DNA of 24,000 bases from Caedibacter sp. 38-128 (GCA_001898705.1 MKUU01000011.1:104080-128079), one strand, 5' to 3'. Shown: positions 8,218 to 16,100, numbered from the stretch's first letter. Numbers and translations: made by a program. Notes: a model not told the origin generated them from the letters alone.

Positions 8218-8586
8218 TTAAGCTTTAAACCACATTAAATAAAAAATTAATAAGATAAACCCTAGAAGATACAAAGGCCATACACGCCTCATCAATTCAC
8301 CTGGAGAGATGCTCCCCAAAGGAAATGTCATACAAGAATTATTTAATGTTGTTTCTGTAAGTTCTAGCTCGCCTGATTTTGATTTACTTATTTCTAACGA
8401 CTTTATCTCTTCCCCCTTCTCACTAGAGAGGGAGATTGGCAGTTGGATTTCTTTGCTAAATGGCTTCAAATCAATATCGACTGCTATAAATTCTTCAACG
8501 CCATGTTTTTGAAAATAGGATGATAATTTATCAACAACTTCATGAAGATCAGATGCAGAAATTTTTCCTTTAATTTTTATAATCAT
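8218..8586 (-). CDS. Hypothetical tail-anchored membrane protein
   Basis: 122-aa ORF with no N-terminal signal peptide. It has a single hydrophobic helix at the extreme C-terminus (VWPLYLLGFILLIFYLMWF). No recognisable domain. Confidence 0.5.
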   Translation of the reverse strand: MIIKIKGKISASDLHEVVDKLSSYFQKHGVEEFIAVDIDLKPFSKEIQLPISLSSEKGEEIKSLEISKSKSGELELTETTLNNSCMTFPLGSISPGELMRRVWPLYLLGFILLIFYLMWFKA

Positions 8587-8689
8587 CTTTTACTATAAAA
8601 TCTCCATACTAAAGTTATTAAAGACATTATGGCCATTTTGAAATATCTCTTTTAACCTACTTTATGGCTTTAGGGCCTGCTAGTTTAGA

Positions 8690-9529
8690 CTACATCAAAT
8701 TTTTTGGATCAAAGGTGATGGTCATGTCTTTCCATTGCTCATACTTCTCTGGCGGCAATAATTTTGCAGGTACAGGATTACATTGAGGACCTTTTAATGA
8801 CCTTAAAGCACTTTCTGCAATTACACGATAAGAGGGATCATTCATATTTCCTGCATTAAGGAGTTTTACATCCCTTACAGAGCCATCTCTATTCAAATAT
8901 ACTTTAATAGGAATAATCGCTATTTCGTGAGCCCCCTTTGTGCCAGCGGGAACCAACCAACAATTATTAAAGAAGCTTTTGAGAGCATCTGTCTCACTAA
9001 TCGTTAAAGTATCCCCAATTTCTCCCACTTGTTGGTCCGGAGCATTATCGTCGCTTTTAGCGTCCTTAACAGCATCAGGCACCGTTTTCTCAATTTCTTC
9101 AAGGTTCTTAAGCACGGAATCAAAAGCATTAACCTTTTTCTTCTTTTCCGGTGCTTTTTTCTCAGGCGCCTTTTTAGGCGGTGTTGGGGGCTTAGGTTTT
9201 GCCTTGGGTGCCGGCGCAATGGGTTCAGCTTTTGGCTCAGGTTTGGGTTTTTCTGGCTCAGGCGTTGACTTATCTTCAGGTTTTGGTTGAGGTTTAGGTG
9301 CCTCTTTCTTAGGTATCTCTTTCTTAGGCTCTTCTTTCTTCGTTTCCTCTTTTTTGGGTTGGAGTGTTGGCTTAGGTGCCTGGGTCTTTGCCCCAATCTC
9401 AACCACATCAATAGGGATGGGTAAAAACAAATCCGTGTTGTTCTTGCGCCAATTTGGAAGCCCAAAGATAAATAATATGACTAAAAAAAGATGCAGCAAT
9501 AAAGAGTAGAGTAAAGGTTTCTGCATCAT
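8690..9529 (-). CDS. tolA: Tol-Pal system protein TolA
   Basis: N-terminal TM anchor (LLYSLLLHLFLVILFIFGL), then a long Lys/Pro/Glu-rich linker (KKEETKKEEPKKEIPKKEAPKPQPKPE...). The C-terminal TolA/TonB-like domain reads CWLVPAGTKGAHEIAIIPIKVYLNRDGSVRDVKLL...ALRSLKGPQCNP. It lies directly downstream of tolR. Confidence 0.87.
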   Translation of the reverse strand: MMQKPLLYSLLLHLFLVILFIFGLPNWRKNNTDLFLPIPIDVVEIGAKTQAPKPTLQPKKEETKKEEPKKEIPKKEAPKPQPKPEDKSTPEPEKPKPEPKAEPIAPAPKAKPKPPTPPKKAPEKKAPEKKKKVNAFDSVLKNLEEIEKTVPDAVKDAKSDDNAPDQQVGEIGDTLTISETDALKSFFNNCWLVPAGTKGAHEIAIIPIKVYLNRDGSVRDVKLLNAGNMNDPSYRVIAESALRSLKGPQCNPVPAKLLPPEKYEQWKDMTITFDPKNLM

Positions 9530-9544
9530 TGATAATTCTCAACT

Positions 9545-10033
9545 TTATTTAGGGTTCTTGCCTTTTGTTTTAACTTCTGGATTCCCTTGAGGAAGCTCTG
9601 CCATAAGCGCGATCTTATCAAATCCAGCAGCACTTAACGTCCCCATGACTTGCATAATAAAGCCATAAGCAATTTTTTGGTCTCCCCGAACAAAAATACG
9701 TGTATCTGGCTTTGCTGAAGTGATGGCTTGAAGTTTAGACACTAAGGTCTCTAGCTTCACTTCTGTTTCTTGGATGTAAATCTTGTTATCAGCCGTCACG
9801 GAAATGGTCAAAGGTTCAGTTTTTTCATTGATTGCAGCTGCTTTTGTCTTAGGAAGGTCAAGAGGAACCCCCACTGTCATCAAGGGCGCTGTCACCATGA
9901 AAATAACCAGTAACACCAACATAACATCGACCATAGGTGTCACATTAATCTCGCTTTTAAGGCTGCTAAGTGTCCGCCGGTTCCGAGAATTACGTTTCCC
10001 TAAGGAAGCTGAAGCTTGAAGATCACCCGCCAT
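9545..10033 (-). CDS. tolR: Tol-Pal system protein TolR (ExbD/TolR family)
   Basis: 162 aa with the ExbD/TolR signature (INVTPMVDVMLVLLVIFMVTAPL). The start codon abuts the tolQ stop. Confidence 0.92.
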   Translation of the reverse strand: MAGDLQASASLGKRNSRNRRTLSSLKSEINVTPMVDVMLVLLVIFMVTAPLMTVGVPLDLPKTKAAAINEKTEPLTISVTADNKIYIQETEVKLETLVSKLQAITSAKPDTRIFVRGDQKIAYGFIMQVMGTLSAAGFDKIALMAELPQGNPEVKTKGKNPK

Positions 10034-10762
10034 TTATTCAATCTCCTCCAGCTGACGTGAGATGATGGCAGCAAACTCATTTACAAACGAATCCAGACGC
10101 ATCCCATAACGACCAAGCTCAGTTGAAATCTTATTATACGCTAATACAGCAGGAATAGCAGCCACAAGGCCAATTGCTGTGGCGAAAAGAGCTTCAGCAA
10201 TACCAGGTGCGACAACCGCAAGATTGGTGCTTTGTGAGCTTGCGATACCTTGGAAGCTGTGCATAATTCCCCAAACGGTTCCAAATAAGCCAACGAAAGG
10301 TGCTGTTGACCCAACAGAAGCTAAAAAGGGAAGATGCCGCTCAAGCTGATCCATTTCACGATCAACGGTGACATGCATAATGCGCTCAACCCGTTGTTGT
10401 AACATGGCTTTAGCTTCTCGAGTCGCAGGTTTTCCTTTGACAGAACGACGCCATTCTTTCATGGCTACTGCAAAGACGCTTGCAAGAGGATCTGTTGGGC
10501 GTGTCCCCACACGATCATAAAGGCTGTCAAGTGATCCACCGGACCAAAAGGCTTCTTCAAATTTTTCGGCTAAGCTTTGTAAGGTTCTAAGCCGCATCAC
10601 CTTTGAAAAAATAATTGTCCAACACCAAATTGAGGCCGCAATTAATGAAAGCATGACAAGCTGCACCACAAGATCTGCATTAATAAAAAGGCTCCAAGCA
10701 GAAAGATCTGTGGCGGCGACTGATTTTCCAAGGGTTGTCGCATCAACTGCTGTATTTTCCAT
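10034..10762 (-). CDS. tolQ: Tol-Pal system protein TolQ (MotA/TolQ/ExbB proton channel)
   Basis: 242 aa with three TM segments. The conserved C-terminal MotA/TolQ/ExbB motif is present (LASVGSTAPFVGLFGTVWGIMHSF...VAPGIAEALFATAIGLVAAIPAVLAYN). Confidence 0.95.
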   Translation of the reverse strand: MENTAVDATTLGKSVAATDLSAWSLFINADLVVQLVMLSLIAASIWCWTIIFSKVMRLRTLQSLAEKFEEAFWSGGSLDSLYDRVGTRPTDPLASVFAVAMKEWRRSVKGKPATREAKAMLQQRVERIMHVTVDREMDQLERHLPFLASVGSTAPFVGLFGTVWGIMHSFQGIASSQSTNLAVVAPGIAEALFATAIGLVAAIPAVLAYNKISTELGRYGMRLDSFVNEFAAIISRQLEEIE

Positions 10763-10780
10763 GAATATATTCCTTAATCT

Positions 10781-11188
10781 TTAATTCGTTATTATTCCGC
10801 TAAAAGCTTCTTTCAAGAAAGGGGGAATCCTTAAGGGGCGTCCCCCTTCACTTACGAGAACAAGTGTTATCAATAAATTAACAATTTCCACTTGGTCCTT
10901 TAAAATTTTTTGCCCTATGATAAAGCGTGTACCTGTTACTTCGTAAACTTCTGTCTGTATGACCAAAAAGTCGTCAAGTCGTGCCGGCAACAGATAATCG
11001 ATTTTACATTCCCGCACAACAAAAGACATACTTCTATTTTGTTGAAGAAATCGTTGATCGACGCCTAACTCTCGCAGCATCTCTGTTCGGGCTCTTTCGG
11101 CAAATCTGAGATAGTTAGCATGGTAAACGTAGCCCCCAGAATCCGTATCATCCATATAAACATACGTTGAATATAAATGCCTTACCAT
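10781..11188 (-). CDS. ybgC: Tol-Pal-associated acyl-CoA thioesterase (4HBT/YbgC family)
   Basis: 135 aa with the hotdog-fold YbgC motif YVYMDDTDSGGYVYHANYLRFAERARTEMLRELG. It is the first gene of the ybgC-tolQRA unit. Confidence 0.87.
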   Translation of the reverse strand: MVRHLYSTYVYMDDTDSGGYVYHANYLRFAERARTEMLRELGVDQRFLQQNRSMSFVVRECKIDYLLPARLDDFLVIQTEVYEVTGTRFIIGQKILKDQVEIVNLLITLVLVSEGGRPLRIPPFLKEAFSGIITN

Positions 11189-11216
11189 ATATCCTTACCA
11201 TCTTTTTGATCCATTA

Positions 11217-11246
11217 GTTTTACACGTGTGTCATAATACATTTCAA
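11217..11246 (-). promoter_or_regulatory. Candidate promoter for ybgC-tolQRA
   Basis: On the minus strand: TTGAAA (11241-11246), an 18-nt spacer, then TAAAAC (11217-11222), about 30 nt upstream of the ybgC ATG. This is hexamer matching only. Confidence 0.25.
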
Positions 11247-11475
11247 GTTCATTTACACAAAAATCGCAATTGACAATCAAATAATCTTTACACTACAAGA
11301 AATAAAATTGAATTCAAACATGATGAAATGTACCAAAGGGTACTTTCAATTTCTCCCCTTTCATCAAGAATCAGAGGCATTGCATGCTGTTTGCCACATA
11401 TTTACTAAGTTGCTCACTAAAACTAGATGGTTACTTCAATAAGATGCTTAAACAAGAAATGATTTGAAATTTAAA

Positions 11476-12474
11476 ATGTCTTTTCCTTCCTCCGCTCATA
11501 GAACACTTGTGATTCAGCCTTTACCCGGCATTGGAGATATGATTTGGCATTTGCCTTTGCTGCGCGCAATTGCTGACCAAGCCCCTCAAAAAAAAATAAC
11601 GCTCTTATGTAAAGCTAGTTCACAATCTGCATTTCTTTTCAAGGAATGTGAATTTATTGAAGAGATCATTACGCTTCCTCCGGCTTCAACATCCACCTTT
11701 TGGGCTCTTGTAAAGCAACTGAAAAAAACTTCCTTTAAACAAGCTTGGGTTTTACATCATAGTAAACGTTATTATATGTTAACATTCTTTGCCAGAATCC
11801 AAGAACGGTACGGTTATGGGTTTCGGTGGCAGCAGATGTGGCTAACAGACCGTAAGCTCCTAAATAACGATCAACGCCAATTATCGACGCTTGAACGTAT
11901 TTCTGCTTATACGGCTGCGCAGGACTTTGAAATCAGACCTCAAGATAAGTTTTTTAAAGTTTCAAAAAAGCGACAAAATCACCTCATGCAAAAATTTTCT
12001 CACTTTCCTCATCCTTGGATTATATTTGGAATTGGCGCAACTGAGGCGTTTAAAAGCTGGCCTTTAGAATATTTTGCCCAACTTGCAAAAGAATTATCCA
12101 AGGATGGAAAAAAAACCATTTTTTTATGTTGCTCTCTCGCAGAACAAGAAAGAGCTCACGCTATTATGAATCTTATAGATACAACTGAAGCTTCTGTCCT
12201 TCCAATCACAAATTTCCCCTTAGATGAAGTCATGGCTCTTTTATCGTTATCTTCCCTTTTCATTGGCAATGATAGCGGGTTAATGAATATTTCAGCAAGT
12301 TTAGGCATTCCAACAGTTGGGTTATTTGGACCAACCCCACAACTTTCATATGTTCCAAATCTCTATGGGATAACGCCTGCCATGGGTAATGTATCTGCTG
12401 ATAACCTTATGGCGACAATCACTCCTTCAATGGTACTCTCTTTTTTGACGGAAAAACAATTACTTTCAGTTTAA
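11476..12474 (+). CDS. Glycosyltransferase family 9 (ADP-heptose:LPS heptosyltransferase-like), paralog 1
   Basis: N-terminal GT9 motif LVIQPLPGIGDMIWHLPLLRAIA and C-terminal motif LFIGNDSGLMNISASLGIPTVGLFGPT. The start is either ATG 11476 or the tracked TTG 11464, and neither has a strong SD. Confidence 0.85.
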   Translation: MSFPSSAHRTLVIQPLPGIGDMIWHLPLLRAIADQAPQKKITLLCKASSQSAFLFKECEFIEEIITLPPASTSTFWALVKQLKKTSFKQAWVLHHSKRYYMLTFFARIQERYGYGFRWQQMWLTDRKLLNNDQRQLSTLERISAYTAAQDFEIRPQDKFFKVSKKRQNHLMQKFSHFPHPWIIFGIGATEAFKSWPLEYFAQLAKELSKDGKKTIFLCCSLAEQERAHAIMNLIDTTEASVLPITNFPLDEVMALLSLSSLFIGNDSGLMNISASLGIPTVGLFGPTPQLSYVPNLYGITPAMGNVSADNLMATITPSMVLSFLTEKQLLSV

Positions 12475-12636
12475 ATTTGAGAAAACATCACATATTTTGC
12501 TGAAAGAATAAATGTTTTCACTAAAGTCTTAGCAATAGGGAACGCCTTTCATAACTCTATTCTTAAATAAAATTGAAGTTGCGCCTTAAATAATCTTCGA
12601 ATTATAAATAATTAACATTGAATCGAAAGTCGTAAA

Positions 12637-13608
12637 ATGCATCAAGGCGATACCCTTATTATACTACCCTCTGCTGGGATTGGAGACCTCTTGTGGCGTC
12701 TTCCGCATATTCGTGCGATCGCGCGCCAGGAAGGAGCTGTCACTCTCTTAACACGACATCGGACGAAAGCGACAGAATGGTTAATTCACGATCCCAGCGT
12801 TAAAAATATCATCTATGCAGAACAAAAAGAACTTGGGCGCGCTTTTTGGGAAGTTCTGAAAGGGAAGTTTTCCAAATCTTGGATGCTCCATAAAAGTTTT
12901 AGCTATGCATTAATTCCTTTTCTAGCACGCATTCCTGAGCGTGTTGGCCTTGGATTTGATAAGCAAGCCTCATTGCTAACAACAAAAAATATTCTCCCTC
13001 CACTTATGAAAAAGCAGCATATGATTCACCAATTAAATGCTTTAATTGAGTTGCATGGGTTATCATGTGCGCCAGAAGATCGGCACCCTCCTCTCGCGAA
13101 AATTGCACAGCAAACGATTCAAAAACAATTTTCTTCTTTTCCACGTCCCTGGATTTGCTTAGGAATTGGGGGCAGTGAGTTTTATAAAAAGTGGCCTATC
13201 GAGCATTTTATTGAGTTGGGTACGCAAATAAGTACTCACCATCAAGGAACCATCTTCTTATGCGGCGGACCTGCTGAAGCCTCTGAAGCACTTCAAATTC
13301 AAGAAGGGATTCAGCAAAAAGGAGGCAATGCCAAGACTGTTACACACCTTACGATTGAGCAAGCTTTTGCTTTCATCTCAAAAATAAATCTTTATATTGG
13401 AAATGATACCAGCCTCTTTAATATTTCTGCCAGCTTTGAAATTCCAACGTTAGGGTTATTTGGAGCAACGCCTCCTCTTACTTATAGCAAAAGCATCTAT
13501 GCTCTTGAGAGCCCTAAAAAAGATTTACAAGGGCTTGAAGCAATGAAAGAAATTAAACCCCCCTTTGTTTATAAAGTTCTTCAACAGCAAAAATGGATTG
13601 AGACCTAA
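12637..13608 (+). CDS. Glycosyltransferase family 9 (heptosyltransferase-like), paralog 2
   Basis: Same architecture as the upstream gene (LIILPSAGIGDLLWRLPHIRAIA ... LYIGNDTSLFNISASFEIPTLGLFGAT). The two are clearly paralogous in tandem. Confidence 0.85.
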   Translation: MHQGDTLIILPSAGIGDLLWRLPHIRAIARQEGAVTLLTRHRTKATEWLIHDPSVKNIIYAEQKELGRAFWEVLKGKFSKSWMLHKSFSYALIPFLARIPERVGLGFDKQASLLTTKNILPPLMKKQHMIHQLNALIELHGLSCAPEDRHPPLAKIAQQTIQKQFSSFPRPWICLGIGGSEFYKKWPIEHFIELGTQISTHHQGTIFLCGGPAEASEALQIQEGIQQKGGNAKTVTHLTIEQAFAFISKINLYIGNDTSLFNISASFEIPTLGLFGATPPLTYSKSIYALESPKKDLQGLEAMKEIKPPFVYKVLQQQKWIET

Positions 13609-13679
13609 ACAATTTCTTTTCCTTTCAGCATTTCCTCGCTAGACTTTAATGAATAAGCAATAAAATTTGGGTGGAGACA

Positions 13680-14093
13680 ATGGACACATTAAACACAAAA
13701 ACTTATAGCGAAATTACGCACGCTATTCGTGTCTCAGCAACCCCTTTCTTTATCGAGGAAGAATCCTCGCATGAACAAAGTCAATATCTTTGGGCCTACC
13801 AAATTCGCATTGAGAACTTAAGCCCTCATGAAGTCCAGCTAAAGCGCCGCCATTGGGAAATTTTGGACGCGCATGGCCATAAACAGTTGATTGAAGGTGA
13901 TGGCATCATTGGACAACAACCCACTCTTAAGCCTGGCGATGCTCTTGAATATACAAGTTCGGCCCCCCTTGCAACGCCCTCTGGTGTGATGCATGGATAT
14001 TACGTCATGATCAATAATATTGGTGAAGAAATTGAGGTCACAATCCCTGCTTTTTCTCTCGACAGCCCTTATCAAGCAAGAACAATAAATTAA
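13680..14093 (+). CDS. apaG: ApaG (DUF525) protein
   Basis: The translation matches the ApaG family throughout (IRVSATPFFIEEESSHEQSQYLWAYQIRIENLSPHEVQLKRRHWEILDAHG...GDGIIGQQPTLKPGDALEYTS). I prefer ATG 13680, with GGAG at 13673-13676, over the tracked GTG 13671. Confidence 0.9.
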   Translation: MDTLNTKTYSEITHAIRVSATPFFIEEESSHEQSQYLWAYQIRIENLSPHEVQLKRRHWEILDAHGHKQLIEGDGIIGQQPTLKPGDALEYTSSAPLATPSGVMHGYYVMINNIGEEIEVTIPAFSLDSPYQARTIN

Positions 14094-14128
14094 AAAATCT
14101 TATTTATAAGAACATAAATACTTCTTTA

Positions 14129-14154
14129 TTGATTTTTTTGCCCAAAAGTATAAT
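14129..14154 (+). promoter_or_regulatory. Candidate promoter of a short orphan transcription unit
   Basis: Perfect TATAAT at 14149-14154. TTGATT at 14129-14134 is a possible -35 but the 14-nt spacer is suboptimal. Confidence 0.3.
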
Positions 14155-14273
14155 GCTATATGACTTAAAATTTAGGAGAAAAGAAATTGATATCTTTAAG
14201 CGAGCTTCATTTACGAATATCAGTTATTTTACTTTGTAATCCATCAGCTAAGCTTTGAACTAATAAATTGTCT

Positions 14274-14312
14274 TTGAGCTTCTAGATTCCTTTCAGAAGC
14301 TCAAGTTTTTTT
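14274..14312 (+). terminator. Rho-independent terminator in the apaG/terminase intergenic region
   Basis: Perfect 10-bp stem ttgagcttct (14274-14283) / agaagctcaa (14295-14304) with an 11-nt loop, followed by g + T7 (14306-14312). Confidence 0.6.
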
Positions 14313-14448
14313 ATTTGAATTTCATCTTAAAAATTGACATTTTTAACACGATTAATAATCAACAACTTTTTGATAAATAATTAAAATTTTAATCCAAAAT
14401 AAATACTATTTTCTTGAAAAATGAACGGATTTTTGCTATTCTAAAAGA

Positions 14449-15757
14449 ATGGAAAAACATTCTTTTAACTCTCAGGCTACCCTCTCTCAAAGCCCGCCTT
14501 TTTTAACGAAAGAAGCACTTACCCACAACTCTGAAAATTTAGAAAACTATGATTGGCATCTCCACGCTCGACCGAGTCAGAAGATCCCCGAAGGTAACTG
14601 GCGTATTTGGCTCATTCTTGCAGGTCGAGGCTTTGGAAAAACGCGCACGGGGGCAGAAACTATCCGCCATTGGATTAAGACCAATCAAGCACGACGAATT
14701 GCCCTCATTGGTGATACTCAAGAAGATGTTCGCGATATCATGATCGAAGGTGAAAGTGGGCTATTAGCCATTCACCCACCCGACGACCGGCCGCTTTATG
14801 AACCTTCTAAACGCCGTTTAACCTGGAAGAATGGAACAATTGCAACGGCTTATAGCGCCGAAAATTACGAGCAGCTCCGTGGCCCTCAATTTGATCATGC
14901 TTGGATTGATGAGTTCGCCAAGTTTCATGAGATTGAAAAAGTATGGCAACAGATTCATTTCGCTCTTCGGCTTGGACCTCATCCTAGAATGGTCATCACC
15001 ACAACGCCACGCCCCCTTCCCTTACTTCAACAACTTGTTGCACAAGCAGGTCAAGAAATCATTCTTACGCATGGCACGACGTTTGAGAATCAAGCTAACC
15101 TTTCACCCACCTTCATCAATACGATGCAACAGAGTTTTTCAGGTACCCGTTTAGGCGCTCAAGAATTACTTGGTGAGATCATTGATACTCATGAAGGCGC
15201 TTCTATGGACACCTGCTCTCTTGGATCAATATCGAGCAAATGAGATGCCTGAGTTTAAACGTATTGTGATTGGCATCGATCCAGCGGTGACGCATCATGC
15301 CGAAAGCGATGAAACAGGAATTATTGTCGCTGGCTTAGGCGCGGATCAGCAAGCGTATGTTCTTGAGGACCTTAGTGGTCGTTATGCGGCAACAACATGG
15401 GGCAAAATCGCCTGCGAAGCTTATCATCGCTGGCAAGCCGATCGTATTGTGGCCGAAGTCAATAAAGGCGGTGATTTGGTTGAAAGCCTTCTGAGATCAA
15501 TTGATCCCACCATTAGCTATCAAGGTGTCCATGCCAGCCGCAGGAAATATACGCGGGCTGAACCTATTGCTGCTTTTTATGAACAAGGGAAAGTCCACCA
15601 TGCCCGCCAAAGCCTTAAGCCTCTTGAAGATCAGATGTGTAAATTCTTACCAGGCATGAGTTCCTCCCCCGACCGCGTTGATGCGCTTGTGTGGGCGCTA
15701 ACGTCACTGTTGTTAGAAAAAGAATCTTTTCGCTCTTATGGCGCATGGCAGCTATAA
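14449..15757 (+). pseudogene. Phage/GTA-type terminase large subunit, interrupted by a 1-nt frameshift near 15199-15206
   Basis: Two overlapping ORFs (14449..15243 in frame 1 and 15170..15757 in frame 2) together give a full-length TerL. The N-terminal ATPase has LILAGRGFGKTRTGAE (Walker A) and HAWIDEFAKF (Walker B-like). The C-terminal nuclease half has RIVIGIDPAVTHHAESDETGIIVAGL, ADRIVAEVNKGGDLV, RAEPIAAFYEQGKVHH, LEDQMC and SPDRVDALVWALT. Deleting one T at 15201-15202 restores ...THEGALWTPALLDQYR.... Confidence 0.85.
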
Positions 15758-15787
15758 AATATTCCTTTCACAATGATTTTATTTTAT

Positions 15788-15943
15788 CTAAGGCAAAATC
15801 TCAACTGGCGTTCCTGTTGGCACATCTTTCCATATTTCTTCAATTTTGGAATTGGTTACTGCAACGCCTCCTAATGTCCAATCATAAAGACGATGTATAC
15901 TTCCTAAATAAGAAGAAAAGTGAAAGAAAGCGACCAAGAAAAA
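15788..15943 (-). pseudogene. Possible relic of the C-terminus of an L,D-transpeptidase (YkuD-like)
   Basis: A 51-codon open stretch on the minus strand has no ATG. Its translation ...SYLGSIHRLYDWTLGGVAVTNSKIEEIWKDVPTGTPVEILP* resembles the YkuD end motif IHGt....lG...ShGCiRl.Nedi.eLy..V.vGTpV.I, with the catalytic His-Gly-Cys replaced by LGG. Recognised by eye only. Confidence 0.3.
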
Positions 15944-16100
15944 TCATAATGTTTCGATAACACAGCAAGAATAACGCTCTCTCGTCATTTATTGAGAGTC
16001 AATTATGTTATCTTCAAAATCTTGTTTGGGTTATTTTAATAATCTGTAAAACTATAATTTTTTGATTTTTTTATCTTTTGTACAAGTTCCAAAATTCTCA

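Noticed and set aside
8940-9465. Three overlapping ORFs (8940-9290 +, 9004-9465 -, 9029-9268 +), plus apparent repetitive DNA inside tolA.
   Set aside because: They arise from the Lys/Pro/Glu-rich low-complexity linker (domain II) of TolA, which stays open in several frames. This is typical of TolA and is not an independent repeat element or gene.
11320-11442. 40-codon ATG ORF (MMKCTKGYFQFLPF...) in the ybgC / GT9 divergent intergenic region.
   Set aside because: It has no SD and an unremarkable composition. It is most likely a chance ORF within a promoter or 5'-UTR region.
15190-15210. Programmed ribosomal frameshift in the terminase gene.
   Set aside because: I see no slippery heptamer, no rare or stop codon at the shift site and no downstream stimulatory hairpin. 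A 1-nt insertion (mutation or sequencing error) is the simpler explanation, and it stays flagged as such in the findings.
15691-15960. 89-aa plus-strand ORF overlapping the terminase 3' end.
   Set aside because: It has no SD, starts inside the terminase and has an implausible composition. The opposite strand gives a more meaningful (YkuD-like) relic translation.
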